From IMG/VR virus record IMGVR_UViG_2713896832_000004: a stretch of 39,834 nt of DNA; one strand, written 5' to 3'. The stretch is from a virus. Its lineage: Duplodnaviria; Heunggongvirae; Uroviricota; Caudoviricetes. This document shows, one piece after another, positions 23,395 to 35,677 of the stretch (the stretch's first letter is position 1; each line of letters starts with the position of its first letter). Made by a program: the position numbers and the translations under genes. The notes below the pieces were generated by a model that did not search any database, had not been told where the DNA came from, and worked only from the letters and a program-made list of their open reading frames with translations.

Positions 23395-23691
23395 AAATAT
23401 GCGCTGTGCAGGGTTTTTGCTGTGCGCAGCGTGATGCGCTTCAAGATATCGTGTTAATCTGCTTTCGCCAGCAGTGGCAATAGCGTTTCCGGCCTTTTGT
23501 GCCGGGAGGGTCGGCGAGTCGCTGACTTAACGCCAGTAGTATGTCCATATACCCAAAGTCGCTTCATTGTACCTGAGTACGCTTCGCGTACGTCGCGCTG
23601 ACGCGCTCAGTACAGTTACGCGCCTTCGGGATGGTTTAATGGTATTGCCGCTGTTGGCGCCTCTTTTGGCCGCCGTGATGTGGAGAGTGGA
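23395..23691 (+). ncRNA. Putative retron msr-msd non-coding region (boundaries approximate)
   Basis: About 300 bp of non-coding sequence directly upstream of a retron-type RT, rich in local dyad symmetries (GCGCA-n6-TGCGC near 23424..23439, GTACGC-ttc-GCGTAC at 23577..23591, GCGCTGACGCGC). Exact a1/a2 and msd boundaries were not resolved by eye. Confidence 0.45.
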
Positions 23692-24651
23692 ATGGATGCT
23701 ACCCGGACAACCCTTCTGGCGCTCGATTTGTTCGGCTCGCCGGGCTGGAGCGCCGATAAAGAAATACAGCGACTGCATGCGCTCAGTAATCATGCCGGAC
23801 GCCATTACCGACGCATTATTCTTTCTAAACGCCACGGTGGTCAGCGGCTGGTGTTAGCCCCTGATTACTTGCTCAAAACCGTACAGCGCAACATTCTTAA
23901 GAACGTCCTTTCACAATTTCCGCTTTCCCCTTTTGCTACAGCCTACCGACCAGGTTGCCCAATCGTCAGCAACGCGCAGCCACACTGCCAACAGCCGCAG
24001 ATCCTGAAACTCGATATCGAAAACTTTTTCGATAGCATTAGCTGGTTACAGGTCTGGCGTGTGTTTCGCCAGGCCCAGTTGCCACGTAATGTGGTAACCA
24101 TGCTGACCTGGATTTGTTGTTATAACGACGCGTTACCGCAGGGGGCACCAACTTCGCCAGCCATTTCCAATCTTGTGATGCGCCGTTTTGATGAACGCAT
24201 AGGGGAATGGTGTCAGGCTCGGGGAATTACCTACACCCGCTACTGCGATGACATGACCTTTTCAGGTCACTTCAATGCCCGCCAGGTTAAAAATAAAGTG
24301 TGCGGATTGTTAGCGGAGCTGGGCCTGAGCCTCAATAAACGCAAAGGCTGCCTGATAGCTGCCTGTAAGCGCCAGCAAGTAACCGGGATTGTTGTTAATC
24401 ACAAGCCACAGCTTGCCCGTGAAGCGCGCCGGGCGCTGCGTCAGGAGGTGCATTTGTGCCAAAAATATGGCGTTATTTCGCATCTTAGTCATCGTGGTGA
24501 ACTTGATCCTTCTGGCGATCTCCACGCACAGGCAACGGCGTATCTTTATGCTTTGCAGGGAAGAATAAACTGGTTATTGCAAATCAACCCTGAGGATGAG
24601 GCCTTTCAACAGGCGAGAGAGAGTGTAAAGCGAATGCTGGTTGCATGGTAA
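23692..24651 (+). CDS. Retron-type reverse transcriptase (RT-only retron, Ec107-like)
   Basis: Track ORF 23680..24651 (GTG). I prefer the ATG at 23692 (GGAG 6 nt upstream), giving 319 aa. RT motifs are present: LDIENFFDSI, QGAPTSPAISNL, YTRYCDDMTF (YxDD box), and the retron-typical VTGIVVN. Confidence 0.85.
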   Translation: MDATRTTLLALDLFGSPGWSADKEIQRLHALSNHAGRHYRRIILSKRHGGQRLVLAPDYLLKTVQRNILKNVLSQFPLSPFATAYRPGCPIVSNAQPHCQQPQILKLDIENFFDSISWLQVWRVFRQAQLPRNVVTMLTWICCYNDALPQGAPTSPAISNLVMRRFDERIGEWCQARGITYTRYCDDMTFSGHFNARQVKNKVCGLLAELGLSLNKRKGCLIAACKRQQVTGIVVNHKPQLAREARRALRQEVHLCQKYGVISHLSHRGELDPSGDLHAQATAYLYALQGRINWLLQINPEDEAFQQARESVKRMLVAW

Positions 24652-24658
24652 GAAAAGC

Positions 24659-24682
24659 GTCAGGCAGACGTTTCTGCCTGAC
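24659..24682. terminator. Palindromic hairpin at the RT/slmA junction (probable slmA terminator)
   Basis: Perfect 10-bp inverted repeat GTCAGGCAGA-cgtt-TCTGCCTGAC, followed on the minus strand by CGCTTTTCTT. Confidence 0.45.
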
Positions 24683-24696
24683 CGTTTAGGGGAGAA

Positions 24697-25293
24697 TTAC
24701 TGCAACTGCGCGGCAATTAGCGGCCAGCGGGCGTCAAAATCATCCGTCGGGCGGTATTTAAACTCGCTGCGGACAAAACGTGACAGCATACCTTCACAGA
24801 AGGCCAGGATCTGGCTTGCCAGCAGGGTTTCATCGGTGGTGTAACCTTCACCCTCACGCATTCTCTTTTCACGCAATACCTGACGCAGCTGCGCTTCAAT
24901 ACGCTCGAACAGCTGGTTGATGCGCCCTTGCAGGCGATCCTGTTCAAACATTAGCGCATGCCCGGTAAGGATGCGGGTCAGGCCAGGATTACGCTCACCA
25001 AAACCGAGAAGCAGCAACACAATCAGACGCAGGCGCGCTGTGGTGTCTTTCTCATCTTTCAGAATCAGGTTGATGCGAGTAATCAGGCTATCTTCGATAA
25101 ACTCAATCAGGCTATCGAACATGCGGGTCTTACTGGGGAAGTGGCGATATAGTGCCGCTTCGGAAACGCCGACAGAGGCAGCCAGTTTTGCCGTCGTGAT
25201 ACGTTGGCTTCCATCGCTGGATTCCAGCATCAGCGCCAGAGACTGAAGTATTTCCTCGCGACGGTTCCTTTTCGCAGTTTGTTTTTCTGCCAT
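24697..25293 (-). CDS. slmA: Nucleoid occlusion factor SlmA (TetR family)
   Basis: Track ORF 24697..25335. The start [24 protein letters not shown]… at 25293 gives 198 aa. Confidence 0.9.
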
Positions 25294-25399
25294 GTTACAA
25301 AATACCCCTGAAAATAAGCACTTGCCAGGCGGCACCCACGCTATGACCGCAAACGAAATGTTTGCGGCTATGTTATGACGTTATTCGGATGCGTATGTG

Positions 25400-25858
25400 T
25401 TACTGACGACCAGAGTGACCAAAGCCGCCTTCACCGCGGTCGGTGGCGTCGAAATCTTCCACCAGATTAAATTCAGCCTGTACTACCGGAACAAAAATCA
25501 TCTGGGCGATGCGTTCGCCAGGTTGAATGGTGAAGCTGTCCTGACCACGGTTCCACACGGAAATCATCAACTGGCCCTGATAGTCGGAATCGATCAATCC
25601 TACCAGGTTACCAAGCACGATACCGTGCTTATGTCCCAATCCGGAGCGCGGCAGCATCATTGCCGCCAGTGAAGGATCGGCAATATGAATCGCCAGCCCG
25701 GTCGGAACCAGCGTAGTATCACCCGGAGCCAGTTCTACGGCGTCGTCGAGACAGGCACGCAGGTCAAGTCCGGCAGAGCCAGAGGTGGCATAAGTCGGGA
25801 GCGGAAATTCCTTCCCAACGCGCGGGTCCAGAATCTTAACGTCGATTTTTTTCATCAT
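25400..25858 (-). CDS. dut: dUTP diphosphatase
   Basis: 152-aa [38 protein letters not shown]…. Confidence 0.95.
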
Positions 25859-27056
25859 AACGGGTCACGATCTCGTCGAGTAATAATTGGCCAAGGAGCT
25901 CTTTGCGCTCAAGCGGTAAGACTTTATCTCCGTCCTGCCAGAAAAGGTGTAATGCGTTGTTGTCGCTGTTAAATCCTTGAGTTGGCTGGGAAACATCGTT
26001 CGCGCAGATCAGATCAAGGTTTTTACGGATACGTTTTTGCCGGGCGTATTCTTCCACATTATTTGTTTCGGCGGCAAATCCAACGACGTAGGGTCGATGG
26101 TCTTTTAGTGCGGCAACGCCTGCGACGATATCGGGGTTTTTAACCATTTTTATTGTGAATTCATCACCCTGCGTGGCCTGCTTTTTGATTTTTTCTGGGG
26201 CCACGGTAGCTGCGCGATAATCCGCCACGGCGGCGCAACCGATAAAAATATTTTGCTGCTGTACAGAAGCATTCACGGCGGCTTCCATTTCCAGCGCGGT
26301 CATCACATCAACACGTTTAACAAACGGTGGTGTCGGTAGTGAAACTGGACCTGATACCAGCGTGACGTTCGCGCCACGACGGGCAGCGGCGGCAGCGATA
26401 GCAAAACCCATCTTGCCGGAGCTGTGATTAGAGATATAACGCACCGGATCGAGCGGTTCACGCGTCGGACCGGCGGTAATCATAATGTTCAGATGTTTCA
26501 GGTCGTTGACGGGCGAAAAATGCGCTACCGCCATATCCACAATGGTTAACGGATCGAGCATTCGCCCAGGGCCGATATCACCACAAGCCTGACTGCCACT
26601 GTCTGGCCCCCAGATGAGCAAACCACGGGAGGCAAGCACCTCTAAATTATGCTGCGTGGCAGCGGCACGGTACATCTGCTGGTTCATGGCGGGGAGCACG
26701 GCTACACGCGCAGGTGTAGCCAGACAAATCGTCGATACCAGATCATTTGCCATTCCGGCAGCAACACGGGCAATCAAATCTGCCGTGGCAGGGGCGAGAA
26801 TCACTAAATCAGCCCATTTACCCAGCTCAATATGGCCCATAGCGGCTTCGGCTGCCGGGTCCAGCAGACTGTCGGAAACGGGATAACCAGAAACCGCCTG
26901 CAAACTAAGTGGGGTGATAAAGGCTTTTGCCGCTTCGGTCATGGCTACGCGGACGTCGGCCCCGCGATCGCGCAAACGACGCACCAGTTCAGGGGTTTTA
27001 TAGGCAGCAATACCGCCGCTAACGCCGAGAACGATTTTTTTACCGGCCAGGCTCAT
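25836..27056 (-). CDS. coaBC: Bifunctional phosphopantothenoylcysteine decarboxylase / phosphopantothenate-cysteine ligase
   Basis: Track ORF 25836..27128. The start [20 protein letters not shown]… at 27056 gives 406 aa. Overlaps the dut start by 23 bp. Confidence 0.9.
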
Positions 27057-27227
27057 GATGATTTTTCCTGTTGGGTGACACCAGAAGTTGGCGATTTTAT
27101 CACAATACTTTTGTTGTCGTGCCTTCACCTGAGATTCACTTTGCGAGGCGCTTTCCAGGATTGAAAACTGGCCGTCGATTTAACGGAACGGCTATGACAG
27201 GATGCGAGCACCACAAAGGAGGTGAAG

Positions 27228-27896
27228 GTGAAAAACAATGCACAGCTGTTGATGCCGCGCGAAAAAATGCTGAAGTTTGGTATTAGCGCCTTAACGGATG
27301 TCGAGCTGCTGGCGCTATTTCTGCGTACCGGAACGCGCGGTAAAGATGTATTAACCCTGGCAAAAGAGATGTTGGAGAATTTCGGCTCTCTTTATGGCTT
27401 GTTAACCTCTGAATATGAACAATTTAGTGGTGTTCATGGAATTGGCGTAGCGAAATTTGCCCAGTTAAAGGGGATTGCTGAACTGGCGCGGCGTTACTAC
27501 AACGTGCGGATGCGTGAAGAAAGCCCTTTACTCAGCCCGGAGATGACGCGGGAATTTTTACAAAGCCAGCTCACGGGTGAGGAGCGGGAGATCTTTATGG
27601 TGATCTTTCTCGACTCACAACACCGGGTTATAACGCATAGCCGACTTTTTTCCGGCACGCTAAACCATGTTGAAGTCCATCCTCGGGAAATTATCCGCGA
27701 AGCGATAAAAATAAACGCCTCGGCGCTGATCCTTGCACATAATCACCCTTCGGGTTGTGCTGAACCCAGTAAAGCGGATAAACTCATTACTGAACGGATA
27801 ATAAAGAGTTGTCAGTTCATGGATTTACGCGTGCTCGACCATATCGTGATTGGGCGTGGAGAGTATGTTTCTTTTGCCGAACGCGGCTGGATTTAA
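27228..27896 (+). CDS. yicR: UPF0758 / RadC-like JAB-domain protein
   Basis: Track ORF 27222..27896. AGGAGG precedes a GTG at 27228 ([24 protein letters not shown]…). The JAMM-like motif HNHPSG is present. Confidence 0.85.
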
Positions 27897-28091
27897 CCCG
27901 CTATGCGCGATCCTTCGGGATCTTTGTCTGTTCGGGACTTGAGCACATCGCTGAGTCAGCGTATACTACGCCACCTTTGAGAATCTCGGGTTTGGCATTT
28001 GGGCCTGGCAATCGAGAGTTCACATAGAACTGCGATGACCGGGCTGTAAAGCCTGACGAGGCGCCAATACCCCATACGAAGCTCGAGCTAA

Positions 28092-28349
<258 letters not shown>

Positions 28350-28366
28350 GTACTTAGAGGAAATAA

Positions 28367-28537
<171 letters not shown>

Positions 28538-28552
28538 TTCTCGCTTTGATGT

Positions 28553-28585
28553 AACAAAAAACCTCGCTCCGGCGGGGTTTTTTGT
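28553..28585 (+). terminator. Rho-independent terminator after rpmB-rpmG
   Basis: A-tract, then the CCTCGC-tccg-GCGGGG stem, then a T6 run. Confidence 0.55.
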
Positions 28586-28634
28586 TATCTGCTTGCCCCC
28601 ATATTGATTGCATCTGTTCATTCCTGGAGATGCT

Positions 28635-29444
28635 ATGCCTGAATTACCCGAAGTTGAAACCAGCCGTCGCGGCATAGAACCGCATCTCGTTGGTGCAACC
28701 ATTCTTCATGCAGTGGTGCGCAACGGACGCTTGCGCTGGCCGGTTTCAGAAGAGATCTACCGTTTAAGCGACCAACCAGTGCTTAGCGTGCAGCGGCGGG
28801 CTAAATATTTGCTGCTGGAGCTGCCTGAGGGCTGGATTATCATTCATTTGGGGATGTCTGGCAGCCTGCGCATCCTTCCAGAAGAACTTCCCCCTGAAAA
28901 GCATGACCATGTGGATTTGGTGATGAGCAACGGTAAAGTGCTGCGCTACACCGATCCGCGCCGCTTTGGTGCCTGGCTGTGGACCAAAGAGCTGGAAGGG
29001 CATAATGTGCTGGCCCATCTTGGACCGGAGCCGCTCAGCGACGATTTCAATGGTGAGTATCTGCATCAGAAGTGCGCGAAGAAAAAAACGGCGATTAAAC
29101 CGTGGCTGATGGATAACAAGCTGGTGGTAGGGGTAGGGAATATCTATGCCAGCGAATCACTGTTTGCGGCGGGGATCCATCCGGATCGGCTGGCGTCATC
29201 ACTGTCGCTGGCAGAGTGTGAATTGTTAGCTCGGGTGATTAAAGCGGTGTTGCTGCGTTCGATTGAGCAGGGTGGTACAACGCTGAAAGATTTTCTGCAA
29301 AGTGATGGTAAACCGGGCTATTTCGCGCAGGAATTGCAGGTTTACGGGCGAAAAGGCGAGCCGTGTCGGGTGTGCGGTACGCCGATTGTGGCGACTAAAC
29401 ATGCGCAGCGGGCAACGTTTTATTGTCGGCAGTGCCAGAAGTAA
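28635..29444 (+). CDS. mutM: Formamidopyrimidine-DNA glycosylase
   Basis: Track ORF 28608..29444. The start [20 protein letters not shown]… at 28635 gives 269 aa, with a C-terminal zinc finger (CRVCGTPI…CRQCQ). Confidence 0.9.
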
Positions 29445-29453
29445 TTCATGCGC

Positions 29454-29476
29454 GCCGGATGGCATACCATCCGGCA
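29454..29476. terminator. Bidirectional hairpin between convergent mutM and coaD
   Basis: Inverted repeat GCCGGATGG-catac-CCATCCGGC. Confidence 0.5.
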
Positions 29477-29482
29477 TAAACG

Positions 29483-31247
<1,765 letters not shown>

Positions 31248-31598
31248 AGTAAATAGCTGACTTATGGATGTGCTGGGGATTCTATGTATTTAGCTGTGGC
31301 TTTACCATTACTTTTCCCGTTTTTGACTTAAATAGCAATTTACCCGCCAATTCTTGCTGAACATCTATACTTTTTTTGTATTTTTATGCGATTCATTGAT
31401 TTCTGCTGTACGTGCAGGAAGGAATCGCAGAGCAACAGTGAAAGAATATGGTTGCTAATGATTTTATTTGATTGATTTCTTTATTGAAAATCAACAATGT
31501 GCTTAAAAATCATTCGGGTCGGATTGCCGCGAAAGAAGTGATACACTAGCGCGTCAATATCAGTGCGGTATCAGTATTCAGGTAGCTGTTGAGCCTGG

Positions 31599-31610
31599 GG
31601 CGGTAGCGTG
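31599..31610 (+). promoter_or_regulatory. ops element (RfaH recruitment site) in the waaQ operon leader
   Basis: GGCGGTAGCGTG found about 50 bp upstream of the waaQ start, within the long AT-rich divergent waaA/waaQ leader. Confidence 0.6.
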
Positions 31611-31659
31611 CTTTTTCTGCTTCACCTTAATCGGATAATCTCAACAAAAAGAGTTACTT

Positions 31660-32718
31660 GTGGATAAGCCATTTCGAAGAATTTTGCTCATTAAGATGCG
31701 TTTTCATGGGGATATGTTATTAACTACTCCCGTCATTAGTTCGCTGAAAAAAAATTACCCTGACGCAAAAATCGATGTGCTGCTTTATCAGGACACCATC
31801 CCGATCCTGTCTGAAAATCCAGAGATTAACGCGCTCTACGGCATAAAAAATAAAAAAGCAAAAGCCTCAGAAAAAATTGCCAACTTTTTTCATCTCATCA
31901 AGGTATTACGTGCCAATAAGTATGACCTTATCGTCAATCTTACCGATCAATGGATGGTTGCTATACTGGTTCGCTTATTAAATGCCCGTGTGAAAATTTC
32001 CCAGGATTATCATCATCGGCAGTCTGCTTTTTGGCGTAAAAGTTTCACCCATTTGGTGCCGTTGCAGGGTGGAAATGTGGTGGAAAGTAACTTATCCGTG
32101 CTGACACCATTGGGACTTGATTCGTTGGTGAAGCAGACAACCATGAGTTACCCGCCTGCAAGCTGGAAACGTATGCGTCGCGAACTTGATCACGCTGGTG
32201 TTGGACAAAATTATGTGGTTATCCAACCTACGGCGCGGCAAATCTTCAAATGCTGGGACAACGCCAAGTTTTCCGCTGTGATTGATGCCTTACATGCTCG
32301 TGGTTATGAAGTCGTTCTGACGTCCGGCCCGGATAAAGACGATCTGGCCTGCGTCAATGAAATTGCGCAGGGATGCCAGACGCCACCAGTAACGGCGCTG
32401 GCTGGAAAGGTGACCTTCCCGGAACTTGGTGCGTTAATCGATCATGCGCAGCTGTTTATTGGCGTTGATTCCGCACCGGCGCATATTGCCGCTGCAGTTA
32501 ATACGCCGCTGATATCGCTGTTTGGTGCGACAGACCATATTTTCTGGCGTCCCTGGTCAAATAACATGATTCAATTCTGGGCGGGAGATTACCGGGAAAT
32601 GCCAACGCGCGATCAGCGTGACCGAAATGAGATGTATCTTTCGGTTATTCCGGCGGCAGATGTCATTGCTGCTGTCGATAAATTACTGCCCTCCTCCACG
32701 ACAGGTACGTCGTTATGA
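31660..32718 (+). CDS. waaQ: LPS heptosyltransferase III
   Basis: 352-aa ORF from a GTG start; the N-terminus RILLIKMRFHGDMLLTTPV is typical of GT9 heptosyltransferases. The start codon choice is uncertain. Confidence 0.8.
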   Translation: MDKPFRRILLIKMRFHGDMLLTTPVISSLKKNYPDAKIDVLLYQDTIPILSENPEINALYGIKNKKAKASEKIANFFHLIKVLRANKYDLIVNLTDQWMVAILVRLLNARVKISQDYHHRQSAFWRKSFTHLVPLQGGNVVESNLSVLTPLGLDSLVKQTTMSYPPASWKRMRRELDHAGVGQNYVVIQPTARQIFKCWDNAKFSAVIDALHARGYEVVLTSGPDKDDLACVNEIAQGCQTPPVTALAGKVTFPELGALIDHAQLFIGVDSAPAHIAAAVNTPLISLFGATDHIFWRPWSNNMIQFWAGDYREMPTRDQRDRNEMYLSVIPAADVIAAVDKLLPSSTTGTSL

Positions 32719-33839
32719 TCGTTGCTTTTTGTTTATATAAATATTTTCCCTTTGGCGGTTTGCAGCGTGATTTTATGCGTATTGCTCAGACAGTCGCCGC
32801 CCGAGGTCATCATGTTCGGGTTTATACCCAGTCGTGGGAAGGCGAATGCCCTGATGTATTTGAACTGATCAAAGTGCCGGTTAAATCGCATACCAATCAC
32901 GGGCGCAATGCGGAGTATTTTGCCTGGGTGCAAAAACATTTACGCGAACATCCCGTCGATAAAGTCGTTGGATTCAACAAAATGCCGGGGCTGGACGTTT
33001 ATTATGCCGCTGATGTTTGTTATGCCGAGAAAGTAGCGCAGGAAAAAGGCTTTTTCTATCGCCTGACGTCACGTTATCGCCATTATGCCGCCTTTGAGCG
33101 GGCAACCTTCGAACAGGGTAAGCCGACACAGTTGCTGATGCTGACAGATAAGCAAATCGCCGATTTCCAGAAACATTATCAGACTGAAGCGGAGCGTTTT
33201 CATATTCTGCCACCGGGGATTTATCCTGATCGTAAATATAGCCAGCAGCCAGCCAATAGCCGTGAAATCTTCCGTAAGAAGAATGGAATAACCGAACAAC
33301 AATATTTATTGTTGCAGGTCGGTTCAGACTTCACGCGTAAAGGTGTCGATCGTTCCATTGAAGCACTTGCTTCGTTACCGGATTCGCTGCGCCACAACAC
33401 ATTGCTATATGTTGTTGGGCAGGATAAACCGCGAAAATTTGAGGCGCTGGCAGAAAAACGCGGCGTGCGCAGTAATGTTCACTTTTTCTCGGGGCGCAAT
33501 GATGTCTCGGAATTAATGGCGGCGGCGGATTTATTACTGCATCCTGCCTACCAGGAAGCGGCGGGAATTGTGCTGCTGGAAGCGATTACTGCAGGATTAC
33601 CGGTACTAACAACAGCCGTTTGTGGCTATGCGCATTATATTGTCGACGCCAATTGCGGCGAGGCTATTGCTGAGCCATTCCGCCAGGAAACATTGAATGA
33701 GATTTTACGCAAAGCGTTAACGCAATCTTCATTGCGCCAGGCCTGGGCGGAAAATGCGCGACATTATGCTGATACACAAGATTTATACAGTCTGCCAGAG
33801 AAAGCGGCGGATATCATAACGGGTGGTCTGGATGGTTGA
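32715..33839 (+). CDS. waaG: LPS core alpha-1,3-glucosyltransferase I
   Basis: 374-aa GT4-like ORF whose start overlaps the waaQ stop (ATGA). Confidence 0.9.
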   Translation: MIVAFCLYKYFPFGGLQRDFMRIAQTVAARGHHVRVYTQSWEGECPDVFELIKVPVKSHTNHGRNAEYFAWVQKHLREHPVDKVVGFNKMPGLDVYYAADVCYAEKVAQEKGFFYRLTSRYRHYAAFERATFEQGKPTQLLMLTDKQIADFQKHYQTEAERFHILPPGIYPDRKYSQQPANSREIFRKKNGITEQQYLLLQVGSDFTRKGVDRSIEALASLPDSLRHNTLLYVVGQDKPRKFEALAEKRGVRSNVHFFSGRNDVSELMAAADLLLHPAYQEAAGIVLLEAITAGLPVLTTAVCGYAHYIVDANCGEAIAEPFRQETLNEILRKALTQSSLRQAWAENARHYADTQDLYSLPEKAADIITGGLDG

Positions 33840-34629
33840 ACTTAAAGAGCCGTTTGCCACGTTATGGCGCGGCAAAGATCCTTTTGAGGAAGTTAAAACC
33901 TTGCAGGGTGAGGTATTTCGTGAACTGGAAACTCGCCGTACTCTGCGCTTTGAAATGGCGGGCAAAAGCTATTTTCTCAAATGGCATCGCGGCACGACCC
34001 TGAAAGAGATAATCAAAAATTTACTCTCATTGCGGATGCCAGTATTAGGCGCAGACCGCGAATGGAATGCGATTCATCGACTGCGGGATGTCGGCGTTGA
34101 TACTATGTATGGGGTGGCATTCGGCGAAAAAGGCATGAATCCGCTGACCAGAACCTCGTTTATTATTACCGAAGATCTGACACCAACCATAAGTCTGGAA
34201 GATTACTGTGCTGACTGGGCGACTAACCCTCCAGATGTTCGCGTAAAGCGTATGCTTATTAAGCGTGTCGCGACGATGGTGCGCGATATGCATGCTGCGG
34301 GCATTAACCACCGTGACTGTTATATCTGTCATTTCCTGCTGCACTTGCCTTTTTCCGGTAAGGAAGAGGAGTTAAAAATTTCGGTAATTGACCTGCACCG
34401 GGCGCAGCTTCGCACGCGCGTTCCACGTCGTTGGCGGGATAAAGATCTTATTGGGCTTTATTTTTCTTCGATGAATATCGGCCTGACTCAGCGGGATATC
34501 TGGCGGTTTATGAAAGTGTATTTTGCCGCCCCGCTTAAAGACATTCTCAAGCAGGAACAAGGACTGCTGTCGCAAGCAGAAGCAAAAGCCACAAAAATCA
34601 GGGAAAGAACGATTCGAAAATCGTTGTAA
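33832..34629 (+). CDS. waaP: LPS core heptose(I) kinase
   Basis: Track ORF 33823..34629. The ATG at 33832 ([21 protein letters not shown]…) gives 265 aa and overlaps the waaG stop by 8 bp. Confidence 0.85.
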   Translation: MVELKEPFATLWRGKDPFEEVKTLQGEVFRELETRRTLRFEMAGKSYFLKWHRGTTLKEIIKNLLSLRMPVLGADREWNAIHRLRDVGVDTMYGVAFGEKGMNPLTRTSFIITEDLTPTISLEDYCADWATNPPDVRVKRMLIKRVATMVRDMHAAGINHRDCYICHFLLHLPFSGKEEELKISVIDLHRAQLRTRVPRRWRDKDLIGLYFSSMNIGLTQRDIWRFMKVYFAAPLKDILKQEQGLLSQAEAKATKIRERTIRKSL

Positions 34630-34644
34630 TTTCCGGAGAGAAAT

Positions 34645-35661
34645 ATGAGTGCCCACTATTTTAATCCACAAGAGATGATCACTAAGACAATCATCTTCGA
34701 TGAAAGGCCAGCGGCGTCAGTGGCATCATCATTCCATGTTGCTTATGGCATTGATAAAAACTTTCTTTTTGGTTGTGGTGTTTCAATCACGTCAGTTTTG
34801 TTACATAACAACGACGTGAGTTTTGTTTTCCACGTTTTTATTGATGATATCCCTGAAGCCGATATCCAGCGTTTAGCCCAATTGGCGAAAAGCTATCGTA
34901 CCTGTATCCAGATCCATCTGGTAAATTGTGAACGGCTTAAGGCATTACCGACGACCAAAAATTGGTCTATTGCCATGTATTTCCGTTTTGTAATTGCAGA
35001 TTACTTTATTGATCAACAAGATAAGGTTCTTTACCTGGATGCTGATATCGCCTGTCAGGGAAACTTAAAGCCGCTGATAACAATGGATCTTGCCAATAAC
35101 ATTGCTGCTGTTGTTACTGAACGCGATGCTAACTGGTGGTCGTTACGGGGTCAAAGTCTGCAGTGTAATGAACTTGAAAAGGGTTACTTTAATTCAGGTG
35201 TCCTGTTAATTAATACACTAGCGTGGGCGCAGGAGTCCGTTTCTGCTAAAGCGATGTCGATGCTTGCTGATAAAGCCGTCGTTTCCCGTTTAACCTATAT
35301 GGATCAAGATATACTTAATCTTATCCTGTCAGGGAAAGTTAAATTCATTGATGCTAAATACAATACGCAATTTAGTTTAAATTATGAATTAAAAAAATCA
35401 TTTGTTTGTCCAATTAATGATGAAACCGTATTAATTCATTATGTCGGCCCGACAAAACCCTGGCATTACTGGGCCGGTTATCCAAGTGCGCGACCTTTTA
35501 TCAAAGCCAAAGAGGCATCGCCCTGGAAAAATGAACCGTTAATGCGGCCAGTTAACTCAAACTATGCTCGTTATTGCGCCAAGCATAATTTTAAACAAAA
35601 TAAACCAATTAACGGGATAATGAATTATATTTATTATTTTTATTTAAAGATAATAAAATGA
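34645..35661 (+). CDS. waaO: GT8-family LPS outer-core alpha-glycosyltransferase (R1-type WaaO position)
   Basis: 338 aa with GT8 motifs (VAYGIDKNFLFG…, YLDADI…, YFNSGV…, LIHYVGPTKPW). Named from its position in the R1-type gene order. Confidence 0.65.
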   Translation: MSAHYFNPQEMITKTIIFDERPAASVASSFHVAYGIDKNFLFGCGVSITSVLLHNNDVSFVFHVFIDDIPEADIQRLAQLAKSYRTCIQIHLVNCERLKALPTTKNWSIAMYFRFVIADYFIDQQDKVLYLDADIACQGNLKPLITMDLANNIAAVVTERDANWWSLRGQSLQCNELEKGYFNSGVLLINTLAWAQESVSAKAMSMLADKAVVSRLTYMDQDILNLILSGKVKFIDAKYNTQFSLNYELKKSFVCPINDETVLIHYVGPTKPWHYWAGYPSARPFIKAKEASPWKNEPLMRPVNSNYARYCAKHNFKQNKPINGIMNYIYYFYLKIIK

Positions 35662-35677
35662 AATTGAGAAAAGTTAA

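Noticed and set aside
23527-23857. Two overlapping ORFs (102 aa on minus, 96 aa on plus) upstream of the RT
   Set aside because: They sit in the palindrome-rich retron leader, have no ribosome-binding site, and have Arg/Ser/Ala-rich low-complexity translations. They are better explained as non-coding msr/msd sequence.
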